Shown piece after piece: positions 39,520 through 52,514 of a stretch of 64,000 bases of DNA. This DNA is from Laetmonice hystrix. Taxonomy: Eukaryota. Location: the NCBI GenBank assembly GCA_965235115.1, contig OZ249436.1:496001-560000 (forward strand), given 5' to 3'. Position 1 is the first letter of the stretch. Each line of letters begins with the position of its first letter. The position numbers and the translations under genes were made by a program. The notes under the pieces were generated by a model. That model was not told where the DNA came from, searched no databases, and saw only the letters and a list, made by a program, of their open reading frames with translations.

Positions 39520-40171
39520 CCCGCCCTCTACCCTCACCCTTCCCAGCCCGGAGCCCGCCGACCCCGGCTCCACTCCGCGGCTGCCCGCCCTCACCATTCC
39601 CTTCCCAGCCCGGAGCCCGCCGGCCGCGGCTCCACTCTGCGGCCGCCCGCCCTGACCATTCCCTCACCCAGCCCGGAGCCCGGAGCCCGCCGACCGCGGC
39701 TCCACTCCGCGGCTGCCCGCCCTCACCATTCCCTTCCCAGCCCGGAGCCCGCCGGCCGCGGCTCCATGCACTCTGCGGCCGCCCGCCCTGACCATTCCCT
39801 CACCCAGCCCGGAGCCCGGAGCCCGCCGACCGCGGCTCCACTCCGCGGCTGCCCGCCCTCACCATTCCCTTCCCAGCCCGGAGCCCGCCGGCCGCGGCTC
39901 CATGCACTCTGCGGCCGCCCGCCCTGACCATTCCCTCACCCAGCCCGGAGCCCGGAGCCCGCCGACCGCGGCTCCACTCCGCGGCTGCCCGCCCTCACCA
40001 TTACCTTCCCAGCCCGGAGCCCGCCGACCGCGGCTCCACTCCGCGGCTGCCCGCCCTCACCATTACCTTCCCAGCCCGGAGCCCGCCGACCGCGGCTCCA
40101 CTCCGCGGCTGCCCGCCCTCACCATTACCTTCCCAGCCCGGAGCCCGCCGACCGCGGCTCCACTCCGCGGC
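39520..40171. repeat. Very GC/CpG-rich ~62-bp minisatellite, ~10 copies (probable ADPRM intron 1)
   Basis: Unit CCCAGCCCGGAGCCCGCCGACCGCGGCTCCACTCCGCGGCTGCCCGCCCTCACCATT(A/C)CCTT. Confidence 0.95.
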
Positions 40172-40366
40172 CACCGGTAGACTAGACTACTAAGTTATAA
40201 CACGTTAGTGTGTAGCCTGTAGTGTAGGCCTACAGCTAGGCCAGTAACCATAGAACACTTTATCAGTCGTTTCGACGACCTTGAAGACAATGCTCTTTAT
40301 ACCAATGCTCTTTATACCTTCAACATGAAACAAAAGTCACTTTTTGTTTCATATCTTACTCTCTAA

Positions 40367-40520
40367 ACTTACCTCTATTTCGGATTTCACAACAAGATTT
40401 CTGATTGAAACGGCAAAAGTTGCTTCGAAAGAACCGTTCTATTGTGCTACAGTATTCTGACAAAAGATGGCGCTGCAAAGTCTGTTATAGTGCATACTGT
40501 ATCCAGCAGATGGCGCCAAG
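40367..40520 (-). promoter_or_regulatory. Candidate ADPRM non-coding first exon and promoter
   Basis: Consensus minus-strand donor GAG|GTAAGT (40372-40367); YY1-like AAGATGGCG at 40464-40472; CTCF-like CCAGCAGATGGCGC at 40503-40516. Confidence 0.55.
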
Positions 40521-40540
40521 TAAAGGAGCCGGGGTTAATC

Positions 40541-40589
40541 CAGTCTCGGTCACCCGACTCTCTGCTGAGGGTCTGGATGATCGAGACTG
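40541..40589. mobile_element. 49-bp hairpin micro-element with perfect 9-bp TSD
   Basis: GGGTTAATC|CAGTCTCGGTCACCCGACTCTC-TGCT-GAGGGTCTGGATGATCGAGACTG|GGGTTAATC. Confidence 0.8.
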
Positions 40590-41581
40590 GGGTTAATCCG
40601 AAGCAGCCGACGGCCTAGGCCTATCATGCCCAATAAGCATATTTGAAAGCTTCTGGGCCACATTTAGGCCCTATTAAACTACAAATATGTAAACAAGCTT
40701 GTGATTTGAGACTGTGATGGATAGACCTCGGCCTACGTAGGCCTATGTAGCCAAGGCTATAATAGGCCTGTTTAGGCCTAAAGTTAAACACGTTTGGAGC
40801 AATAGCCTAACTCGGTCAAAACGATCCCGATTTCTTTCAGATTTTGTGAAAAGAATAACCATATGAAGAGCAATGTGGGCCTATAGATTTTATGCCATGT
40901 ATTCTTGGTGCAGCGCAAATAGGGCCAATATATATCAGTCAAAATGACCGCTTTAAAAGTGGCCATCTTGGATAATAATAGGCCTAGGCCTAGGCCTAAA
41001 CATTTGGAGCAATAACTTAGGCCCTAGACTAAAAATTGTCTGAATTTCATTCAGACTTGGTGACAAGTGAAGGCATAGGCTAATGACGGGTAACAAGCGT
41101 GCCAATATATTTTATGTTCAGCTTAAATATAGGCCTAGGCCTAAGTAGGCCTAGATCTATAGCCCCCCCCCCCCCTAAGTTTCAGAACCCCCCCCCCCCC
41201 CATTCAGAAATGACGGGTTTCCCGTTTAGGCCTAATACAACGATCAGATAAATCGCCCCTCTTCTCTTTCATGTGGAATGGAAATCCTTTTTTTTCTTTC
41301 TGTTTTTTTTTAAACATCTTGCATGGTTGTGTCTCATTTAGGTAGTTGTAAGGGAATAGCCTAATCATAACTCCGATGTCAGTTTTTGAGATAGGCTTAT
41401 CGTAATGAAATTTGGGGAGGAGATGCCCACTTACATGTGGACACCTCAGCAAATCAAACAATAATTGGGAAAATAAATTGTCTTTTGAAATACTAAGCAT
41501 TTTTGCAGATATGGGTAATTGGTACTGGCCTTGGTAAGGATGGGTAATAATGACCTAATGGTAGCCTATAGATCTAATAGG

Positions 41582-41771
41582 CTACCGTTGACCCACCAAA
41601 AACGGTTTTGTTCAATGTGCTTCGAAGCGCATTGACATAGACTTCTAATATGGATGTGGTTTGGGTTCAATGCGATTCAATGCGCATTGGGAACCGTGTT
41701 TGGTGTGTCACAATATCAATGCGAATTGAAGCGGTTCGAAGCGCATTGGAGCGTCGACGTGTCAACGGTAG
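41582..41771. mobile_element. Probable MITE with ~12-bp TIR and internal (T)CAATGCG/CGCATTG sub-repeats
   Basis: CTACCGTTGAC ... GTCAACGGTAG. Confidence 0.55.
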
Positions 41772-41929
41772 GCCTATAAGGTAAGAGATGGTATAGGCCT
41801 ACTATAGGCCTATAGGGGCGAGGATCGTAACCATGCACATCGGCAGTTCCATCTATAAAGTCCGGCAGGCAATATGGAGAGCAACAATCCGGTCCTTGCT
41901 GCCTTCGTCCAGACTTTTCCTTTGACCTA

Positions 41930-42037
41930 ACTCGCTGAAGTGAGAACCAGCCACAGTCCGCTCGCTCAGTGCTGCTGTCCCACAGCGGACCGCAGCACTG
42001 AGCGAGCGAACTGTGGCTGGTTCTCACTTCAGCGAGT
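41930..42037. repeat. Near-perfect inverted repeat, ~46-bp arms, 16-nt spacer
   Basis: ACTCGCTGAAGTGAGAACCAGCCACAGTCCGCTCGCTCAGTGCTGC and its reverse complement with one mismatch. Confidence 0.95.
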
Positions 42038-45000
42038 CTGTGGGACGCGTGGCTCGGCCTGGGACAGAAGGGGGTTCTCCTGCACACTTGGCAAATCAAA
42101 AAATCGGCTTTCATGCAGCGGACTGCATTGAGTCACGTCTCGAAATGTAACCTGATTAGTCAATGCAGAGGAATCGGGAATCGCAGGGAAAATATCAAAC
42201 ATGTTTGATCTAGGGCCTACGATCGTGAATCGTAGGTGATACCCGAACCCATTGCGACAAATGCTCACGACGCCGCGGATCGTAACTAAAGAAATTGCAA
42301 GATCGCATAGTGGGTTCCCGGGAAGTAAACTCCGAGACGATCTCAGGTGGACGTCGCGACCGACGATCGCCGCTCACTGAGCCCTCTTGAGCCAGTCCCG
42401 GGGTGCCGTGTGCAATCTAAACAAGCAATCTAGCAGAAATGATACTAATCTTCGCCCACTAATACGACATCTCAGTCAATTATTTCTTATCTCGGCCTCA
42501 TGGCGCCCCCTCTCGGCCGAGCTTGTCACGTTAGGGAACGCCCTTCCTCATGCAACCCAAGTACAAGACATAGAGGCCTGGGGTCGCCGACCTGCCATGG
42601 GCAGGCCACCTCCAGCATTAATCATGATATCTTTAATAAACAGAGTCAGATACCATCGACGGCTTTCTGATTGCTCAATAAACGTAATAACAAAATTCTG
42701 TTCAGGGTGATAGATGCAAAATTATTGCAAGCCGCAATTTGAGGTACGACAAGGGATTGCAAGAGATTGGACGGCGAGAAGGACGTATGGCGGGTTTTTG
42801 TCAGCTTGTGTCGTCTGTTCGGCTGATCGGGCAGGCGGTCCGTGGCTATCAAAGCGGGAAAGTGAAGATTTGTGTCCCTACAGTTGGAGGTCTAGTATTC
42901 ACGAGGGACGATAGAATGAACTTCCCCAGTATAGAGCTTGGCCTCCTCGTTAATACAAAGACTTTAGTCATAAAACAAAGAACAAATTGTGAAGAAATTA
43001 AGATGGGGTGGTAGATTTCACCCAAGTATTGCGTCAGCGTCTGTAAAATAACAGATTTAACTGTAATGTAGGCCACTTCTCTCTTCAAGGAAAAAAATAA
43101 CACAATGATCATTATGGGATAAAATCCGATGGCGTAAAGTTTGCGAGTAAAGCTTAGGCCTAACTCCTATACGGAATCTCTAGGCCTAACTCCTATACGG
43201 AATCTCTAAGTAGTATACTAAAATGCCTCTTTTAATCGGAGTTAGGCCCTAAAGTAATATATTAAAATGGGTCTTTGATTCGGGATTAAAGTATAGTATA
43301 ATAAACTGGGTATTTAAAGCGGGCTACATTTAGATTATAGGTTGTACACCCCTACATACAGATTAATCCTGACCTACATACAGATTAATCCTGACCTACA
43401 TACAGATTAATCCTGAAGTATGGTTACTTTGGTATATTACATCAATACATACAGATTTACGAGATGAGCAACGTTGTTGACACTTTGCAATAATTTAAAT
43501 ATAAATAAGAACAGATTACTGACGTTCTGCAGATTTCGTTGGCGCCTTGAATGCAATAGTTGCAGAGTGGGCTTGGTAATCATAACCCAGACTGCCGGGA
43601 CATCGTCAAACTGAAACCAAGTCACACTTTGACATTCTCGAGCCAATCTACGGGACAAGCGTTCAGGATCTGCCCTTCAAATTGATCACTCTAGGGGGAA
43701 ATTAACAAACATTTACCGATGCAGGCCCAATCCACCCCCTCTAACCTCCCCCTCTTACCCCTTACGATGTGCCCCTCCCTGCGTCTCAGCTCGCTGGAGC
43801 ACTACAGCAGACTCGTGACATTTGCATGTATATGTGTTGACGAGTTTCATCCCCCTAACGCTAGGGGTCGCCGTTGTCGCACGTTCGTAAGCCTCTATAT
43901 TTTGTATAGACGTGGCGGTGTGGGGGATGGTCTGGCAAGAGTAGAGCCTACTCGGCATCGATTTGTCAATATGTCCGGGCCAACTAACACCCCCGCGTCC
44001 CCCATCATTCCTAGTTTACATTCTGAGTGCACATGGGACGTTGGGAAACGCCAGCCAGAGAATAAAAGGTGCCTGCGACGGGATATTGGGAAAGTCAGCA
44101 CTTAAACTGTGGCTGACTTTAAACGTGAGGCAACGCAAACAAAATATTTATTGTGGTCATACCAGAGAAGGGGAGTCTAACGTCTTAAAGCGATGACTAT
44201 CTCCGTGTTTTATTGACTGATCCAACCAGAATCCGGGCCTGGGATTGCGATACAATCCAAGTTCAGTCAGATCGCAAGGCTGATAGCGGCCAACCGAGGA
44301 CACGCAGCCACGCTGGCTCAAGTAGTCAGTAAAGAACCAATCAGTGGCTTTCTTTCATGTAGGCCCGGTCCGTGCCGGAGCGCCTGCCATTAGATAGCGT
44401 GATAGCTTCTCGCTTAAATACGAATACAAAAAAATCAGCAAGGCAGCGCTTGATTTGATCCATTTCGCCCCGATGTTGCCCATTTGGGTCGATCACGTAC
44501 ATGCCTTGCCATAATACAAGGTAGAGCTCGTTACAGCGGCATTGTGGTGGCGGCGAGTGACCGAGAGAGTGACATGGTCCGACCGCCTTCCTTGGACACG
44601 TGACTACGTCAAAACCACGGCAGGAGAAATGGTTATTTGACCATGATAACATTCACATGAGATTGAAGGTACGAGTCAGGGTTAGACTCTAAGTGCAGGG
44701 CTGGGGGACAGGGATGGGTTTTGTTTTTGTTTTGTTCTTGTTATACGCGGGGGGGGGGAGTATCTACGGACAGGGATGAGAGGGTATGATAAGTTTTGGG
44801 ACTAAGATAGAATTTAGAGAATTTAGAGATATTACCAGCAATTTCCGTGAAGATTTTGCCTTGGGGGTCACCAGAGCAGCACTCGTAGAGTCAGGAGACC
44901 TGACAGCAATCGGACTGCTCACGAACGGGCTGTGAGATTGCTACAGATCCTGGTAGGATATAGAATATCTATATTCATCCATCCTTTACCCAAAGGTACT

Positions 45001-45608
45001 TGCCATCTTCGTAGCCGTGATTTATTTCTCCTGAAAGGATAGGTGAATAAATGCATACAATAACATATTGGGGAATATAAATGAATTCAATCCCAATATG
45101 TGAATAAATAAATATTTATGTCTGCACAAAATAGCAATGGGTATCATTCTGAGAAATAATATACGGTAGCTGTATTTCATTAGTTTGAAATTCCAAAGTC
45201 AGTCATATCTAAGCCACAGTGCAGAGTTTCTGTAATATCAAGTCGTCGCTTACTGCTAAGAAAAGTCATTAAACCTCTACGCAAAATTGGTCAATATAAA
45301 ATATATGTCTGCCGTGAATATTACGGCATTCTTTGCAGGTCTGAGGAGTGGAACTATGAAGGTGTTTGTATAAATTAAATCAATTACCCGATAACCTGCA
45401 GCCTTGGCAGGTGTAATGGGGGCTTTCTTGGTCAAATTGATAGGAACCACATTGTTGATATAATTTCATCAGAGAATATTCCACTGATACATCAAACGTT
45501 TTCAGACAAATACATCAAAGTTTTAGTCCTTCCAAATGTCAAGCGTGCGGTGTTCCAACTCCGGAGTTTTCCGGATATGTTTCGTAATGAAACCAATTTC
45601 ATTATCAC

Positions 45609-46908
45609 CAACGTGGTCCAACTCTATCTGACAACGGGAATAACTGACTGGTATTGTTAACGTGGTCCAACTCTATCTCAGCACGGGAATAAACTGACTG
45701 GTATTGTCAACGTGGTCCAACTCTATCTCAGCACGGGAATAAACTGACTGGTATTGTCAACGTGGTCCAACTCTATCTCACAACGGGAATAAACTGACTG
45801 GTATTGTCAACGTGGTCCAACTCTATCTCAGCACGGGAATAAACTGACTGGTATTGTCAACGTGGTCCAACTCTATCTGACAACGGGAATAAACTGACTG
45901 GTATTGTCAACGTGGTCCAACTCTATCTGACAACGGGAATAAACTGACTGGTATTGTCAACGTGGTCCAACTCTATCTGACAACGGGAATAACTGACTGG
46001 TATTGTTAACGTGGTCCAACTCTATCTCAGCACGGGAATAAACTGACTGGTATTGTCAACGTGGTCCAACTCTATCTGACAACGGGAATAAACTGACTGG
46101 TATTGTCAACGTGGTCCAACTCTATCTGACAACGGGAATAAACTGACTGGTATTGTCAACGTGGTCCAACTCTATCTCAGCACAGGAATAAACTGACTGG
46201 TATTGTCAACGTGGTCCAACTCTACCTGACAACGGGAATAAACTGACTGGTATTGTCAACGTGGTCCAACTCTATCTCACAACGGGAATAAACTGACTGG
46301 TATTGTCAACGTGGTCCAACTCTATCTGACAACGGGAATAAACTGACTGGTATTGTCAACGTGGTCCAACTCTATCTGACAACGGGAATAAACTGACTGG
46401 TATTGTCAACGTGGTCCAACTCTACCTGACAACGGGAATAAACTGACTGGTATTGTCAACGTGGTCCAACTCTATCTCACAACGGGAATAAACTGACTGG
46501 TATTGTCAACGTGGTCCAACTCTATCTGACAACGGGAATAAACTGACTGGTATTGTCAACGTGGTCCAACTCTATCTGACAACGGGAATAAACTGACTGG
46601 TATTGTCAACGTGGTCCAACTCTATCTGACAACGGGAATAAACTGACTGGTATTGTCAACGTGGTCCAACTCTATCTCACAACGGGAATAAACTGACTGG
46701 TATTGTTAACGTGGTCCAACTCTATCTCACAACGGGAATAAACTGACTGGTATTGTCAACGTGGTCCAACTCTATCTGACAACGGGAATAAACTGACTGG
46801 TATTGTCAACGTGGTCCAACTCTATCTGACAACGGGAATAAACTGACTGGTATTGTCAACGTGGTCCAACTCTATCTGACAACGGGAATAAACTGACTGG
46901 TATTGTCA
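45609..46908. repeat. 50-bp minisatellite, ~26 copies
   Basis: Unit CAACGTGGTCCAACTCTATCTGACAACGGGAATAAACTGACTGGTATTGT. Confidence 0.98.
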
Positions 46909-47691
46909 TTGTTGGAAAGAGTAGGTATAAATCGATTGGCTCCCTGGACGCGAAGATAGCAAATATCTCGGCGTCTTTCATGTAGATAAAAGAACAATTG
47001 TCAGTGCTGGGAGATGACCTAGATCTCATTTTGGTCTCCGACACGGAACGACAACAATTAAGAGATGGTTCTTGTTTAGGATTCTCTTTCGTTTACCCTC
47101 TCCCAGCCTCGTGGGTCTCAGGACTCTGCCTGAATCTGAGGGGACTTTATACCAACAGTACACGCGGGGAGTCCACCAAGTTTATAGTTAAGGCCCTAGA
47201 TCTAGGTCCGTGATCTTCTCTTTGGGAGAGTCCCTGGAGTTTGGACCACATCATGAGTCCCCCCATTCTGAGACACAAGCATACCGTATCTTCTATCCGT
47301 GTATCTCTTGAGATTGTCCACTTCCGACAGGTGGCGCTTTCGGTAGTAATTGCCTTGTCATCTGGAAAATCTTATGCTTAATGTTTCAGACAGTGCACAA
47401 TAGGAAAAACTACTTTCATGCAAGCATTCTATTTCTATTTCATACGAACCAATTTCACCCGAGCCTTACCAGTGGCCGCCTATGACAGATTACATATCGA
47501 TGTTTTCTTAAAAGCCGTTTCAGTCTGCCGAATAGGTGCCCCTCCTGGGATATCATAAAAGGTTTTGTTCTAAAAGACCCATATATTCCGGTCAGGCCAT
47601 ATGATGTGCCCAAGAATGAACGTTAGCAGGAGTTGGGACTTTTATAAACATGGGCTAGCCAGTTTACAGACGCCATTTTCCGTGTTATAGA

Positions 47692-48443
47692 ATCAGTCGG
47701 GCTGAAAATACAACCGTTAACCCTCTGGAGTCGTATACTGGTCTACCTTCACCTTCACCCATTGAGACATGATCAGTCGGGCTGCAAATACAACCAACCC
47801 TGAGTCGTATACTGGTCTACCTTCACCTTCACCCACTGAGACATGATCAGTCGGGCTGAAAATACAACCAACCCTGAGTCGTATACTGGTCTACCTTCGC
47901 CTTCACCCATTGAGACATGATCAGTCGGGCTGAAAATACAACCAACCCTGAGTCGTTCTGGTCTACCTTCACCTTCACCCATTGAGACATGGACAGTCGG
48001 GCTGCAAATACAACCAACCCTGAGTCGTACTGGTCTACCTTCACCTTCACCCATTGAGACATGATCAGTCGGGCTGCAAATACAACCAACCCTGAGTCGT
48101 ATACTGGTCTACCTTCACCTTCACCCATTGAAACATGATCAGTCGGGCTGCAAATACAACCAACCCTGAGTCGTACTGGTCTACCTTCGCCTTCACCCAT
48201 TGAGACATGATCAGTCGGGCTGCAAATACAACCAACCCTGAGTCGTATACTGGTCTACCTTCACCTTCACCCATTGAGACATGATCAGTCGGGCTGCAAA
48301 TACAACCAACCCTGAGTCGTATACTGGTCTACCTTCGCCTTCACCCATTGAGACATGATCAGTCGGGCTGCAAATACAACCAACCCTCTGGAGTCGTATA
48401 CTGGTCTACCTTCGCCTTCACCCATTGAGACATGATCAGTCGG
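47692..48443. repeat. 72-74-bp minisatellite, ~10 copies
   Basis: Unit ATCAGTCGGGCTGCAAATACAACCAACCCTGAGTCGTATACTGGTCTACCTTCACCTTCACCCATTGAGACATG. Confidence 0.97.
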
Positions 48444-48630
48444 AGAGTCAGGGGACCCGCCTAGGCCACATCCAAATATAGGAAGGCAGGTCTGGGTGCT
48501 GACATCTGGTGGCATCAGCCCGCAGATGTATTTGTGTCCAGTCCGTATACATGTATATCCAGCTGGCGGATAGGACTGGTGGTCGAGTCTATGACGACAA
48601 CGGCCGACGGTGAGGCCTGAAATATCTCTG

Positions 48631-49365
48631 ACTGCGAGTACAGCGTGCTGGTCGCGTTGGTAAGGCTATCTGCCGACCAGAAACACAACCTTGGGTTTCA
48701 ATAAGATAGTACTGCGAGTACAGCGTGCTGGTCGCGTTGGTAAGGCTATCTGCCGACAAGAAACACAACCTTGGGTTTCCATTAGATAGTACTGCGAGTA
48801 CAGCGTGCTGGTCGCGTTGGTAAGGCTATCTGCCGACAAGAAACACAACCTTGGGTTTCCATTAGATAGTACTGCGAGTACAGCGTGCTGGTCGCGTTGG
48901 TAAGGCTATCTGCCGACCAGAAACACAACCTTGGGTTTCCATAAGATAGTACTGCGAGTACAGCGTGCTGGTCGCGTTGGTAAGGCTATCTGCCGACCAG
49001 AAACACAACCTTGGGTTTCCATAAGATAGTACTGCGAGTACAGCGTGCTGGTCGCGTTGGTAAGGCTATCTGCCGACCAGAAACACAACCTTGGGTTTCC
49101 ATAAGATAGTACTGTGAGTACAGCGTGCTGGTCGCGTTGGTAAGGCTATCTGCCGACCAGAAACACAACCTTGGGTTTCCATAAGATAGTACTGCGAGTA
49201 CAGCGTGCTGGTCGCGTTGGTAAGGCTATCTGCCGACCAGAAACACAACCTTGGGTTTCCATAAGATAGTACTGCGAGTACAGCGTGCTGGTCGCGTTGG
49301 TAAGGCTATCTGCCGACCAGAAACACAACCTTGGGTACCTTGGTACAGCGTGCTGGTCGCGTTGG
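48631..49365. repeat. 80-bp minisatellite, ~9 copies
   Basis: Unit ACTGCGAGTACAGCGTGCTGGTCGCGTTGGTAAGGCTATCTGCCGACCAGAAACACAACCTTGGGTTTCCATAAGATAGT. Confidence 0.98.
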
Positions 49366-51691
49366 AGGGGGGGGGGGTATACTCGAGAGACGGCAGCATG
49401 AGGGGGAGCCTCCACATTGGTCTTATAGATCAGTTGTCATTTCTTAAAGTGAAGCCACAGTGATTTTCTAACAAGACCCCTTTTTGTTATCATATGCTAG
49501 ATATTCCTTCAAAAAATCAATACACAAATCCTTATACCTGTGGGTGTAGGTGTTTTTGTGTCACAAAGCTCTAAATAATGTGGACATTCCATTATCCACG
49601 TCCCAGCTGGGACACCTCAATTGTTACGTTATGACGACACAGGAGCAACACATGGACCTCATTGTCAGTCCACTGTGGTGTAGGCCTACCGCCGACACTG
49701 ACTGACTCGAGGTATTATTTCTTCTGCTTTCTTCGCTCTTGTGTATTTTTCTGTGAAGACTAAACCATAATGGTCAGATGCATCGTGGCAGGCTGCAGAC
49801 CGCAGGATGGTGTAAGCCTGCATGTGTGACACAGGATAGAGATCTCGCCTGGGTGCTGCCACTGCTGGGACGTCTCGCCTATGCTATAGTATGGCTAGGC
49901 CCGAGTCCAACTCTTCCTCAGTCAGTGTACATACCGGCTCAAACATATAGGGGCATAGGCTAGGGGTGACCCCCTCCCCCCCTCCCCCCCATCTGCCAAT
50001 TCTAGCCCCGGTTCTGTGTCGGACACCCCCTCCTCAACACTTGCATAGCTTTCGGATTCCGACATTTGGAGCCTCCGCGCAGGGCCAGATTTAGTCTTTA
50101 GATCCAGGTCAAGTAAGCTAGACCATCTAATTAGCTAACGATTCATAACGTAGTAGCTTGGGGCCTCGGTTATCCAGGCTCAGGGCCTCAAATTTTCTTG
50201 TTCTTGTTTTGTTTATTTTTTTGCTTGTGGAAGTATTGGAGGAGTTACGCTTGCCATAACTTTCAGGCCTCAGCAGTGCCGGACAGTGGCAGTGGTGGGT
50301 CCAGCCCGTAAATAGCTGGTGGTGGTGGTGGGGGGGGGGGGGGGGGCTATAAAGTATAAAGTTTGAAGGGAGGCACTTGAGACGTTATATAGGCCTATTT
50401 GTTGACCAGTCATGTTGGGGTGGCTGAGGGGTGGCTAGAAAAAAATTTGGAGGGTTCAAGCCCCTCCCTAGCGCTGCCACTGGGCTGCCTCAGCAGGTCA
50501 AAATCCACCTCTAGCTGCCTTAAGCTACTCGGGTCGGCCCTCACACAATGTGTTGCTCCTGTGACGTCATGGGCCATGGATGCCACCAGGTGGCCTCTGA
50601 GTCAATATTATGCAGGATCCAGGTAGATAACAGGCAGAAAATAACGTAACTTAAGAACGCAATTTAGTAAAATATTGTAACTCGCCATATAAATAAAATA
50701 TGCTTCCCTGATTTTATAAATGGAGTTTCGAACACCTCTGATCCCTCCCTTTAACACGTCTGCATTGAAAAGGCAAACTGCAAAGCAATGTGTATGAAAT
50801 AATAAGTGTAGAAAGGTTCTCATTCAATATTCCGACTCGAATCCAGACAATTCAGAAAACGTGAGAGACGTTACGAATCGACCGGAGACGTAAGGGAAGA
50901 CACTTTGTGTTTCAGGTATTTGGAGTGGTGACCTGGCCAGTGTGAAAGTTCACAGAGGTCGGTTTGAGCCGACGTCTTCCTAAAGGGGAGAGTCAGCCCA
51001 AAATGGCCGAGCTAATCGGTTGTTTTTACGGCGAGGTCAAGGCAAGCGAGGCTGGTCGATACCGAGGGTGCTAATGGCTGTGAGATGAGTCGTTCTCTCG
51101 GTGACACAGTCATAGGGGACCACTCTGGTCGCTGCTGATAAACTGGCCACAATTCACCATGTGGACGGGAATAGTTAAAGCGTCTCTCAAACGACCAACA
51201 AAGAGGAGGGCGGCGGAAGACCTAGCTGAACCGATAGTCCCAGTGTTGGCAGCCGCTCCTTTCGTATTCAGCGCGTCTAGCGAGAATGTATGTTACGCAT
51301 GCGCAATGTGCTCGAAGCGCACCGTCTCACCGGCCGCGAGAACGTCGGATTCCACGCGGGGTTAACTACAGTACGGTAACAACGACTATAACTCGCTAAT
51401 GGAGTATTTAAGTGTTCGTTTAGTAAATATATTGACCTGAATAATGTGCCAGAAGTTTAGGCATGCACGGAAGTTTAAGTAGAAAATCCCATTCCCCTTG
51501 TTTTCTTTGACCAACTTGACCCTGGGATCTAATTCCTCATATAGTCAAGGTTAAGGGGATACGATCGGCACATTGGTAGGGTACTATACAAAGGTTCCAA
51601 GGTCATACATCTCTTAATGAAACATAATCATACCTACGCCTTGTATACCGGTAAATGCCGCCAAGTCTTCCATACATCAAGATTGAGGAAC

Positions 51692-52194
51692 TTTATGTGA
51701 GAGGGCAGACATACATTCTCCATGTGTTTTTACAAAAGCTAGAAGACGAAGATGTTTATGTGAGAGGGCAGACATACATTCTTTATGTGTTTTTACAAAA
51801 GCTAGAAGACGAAGATGTTTATGTGAGAGGGCAGACATATATTCTCCATGTGTTTTTACAAAAGCTAGAAGACTAAGATGTTTATGTGAGAGGACAGACA
51901 TACATTCTCCATGGGTTTTTACAAAAGCGAGAAGATGAAGATGTATGTGAGAGGGCAGACATACATTCTCCATGTGTTTTTACAAAAGCGAGAAGATGAA
52001 GATGTATGTGAGGGGGCAGACATACATTCTCCATGTGTTTTTACAAAAGCTAGAAGACGAAGATGTTTATGTGAGGGGGCAGACATACATTTTCCATGTG
52101 TTTTTACAAAAGCTAGAAGACAAAGATGTTTATGTGAGGGGGCAGACATACATTCTCCATGTGTTTTTACAAAAGCTAGAAGACGAAGATGTTT
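51692..52194. repeat. 63-bp minisatellite, ~8 copies
   Basis: Unit TTTATGTGAGAGGGCAGACATACATTCTCCATGTGTTTTTACAAAAGCTAGAAGACGAAGATG. Confidence 0.97.
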
Positions 52195-52514
52195 TAGCGC
52201 TCTCCCCGCAGGAGATCCGTTTTAAATGTTCAAATTTAGTAGAAATAATAAAAAACCTCCCGTTATAGCTCATAAATGAGTAAAGAACCCCGTTTTTAAT
52301 GTTGAATCAATTCCCCTTCACCCCCTGGGTACTGCAATGTATCGCTGCTCATTGGTCGGTAAACCAGTCGAAACCTTCACTGTAAACATCAACTATGCGT
52401 AAATATTAAAAAATGTAGGTTTAACCAAGCTGCATTTCTTTTTCATCAACCCGCTTAAAGGGGTTGTTTTAAAAAGCCGCTCGCAGAGAACTACCTCCAT
52501 GGCTCCTCGAGGCA

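Noticed and set aside
42600..44300. Possible decayed LINE reverse transcriptase on the minus strand (PGPD, VRQ/GDP, FDD, YLG-like fragments)
   Set aside because: Motifs need frameshifts and their spacing does not fit an RT domain; a translated HMM search would be needed.
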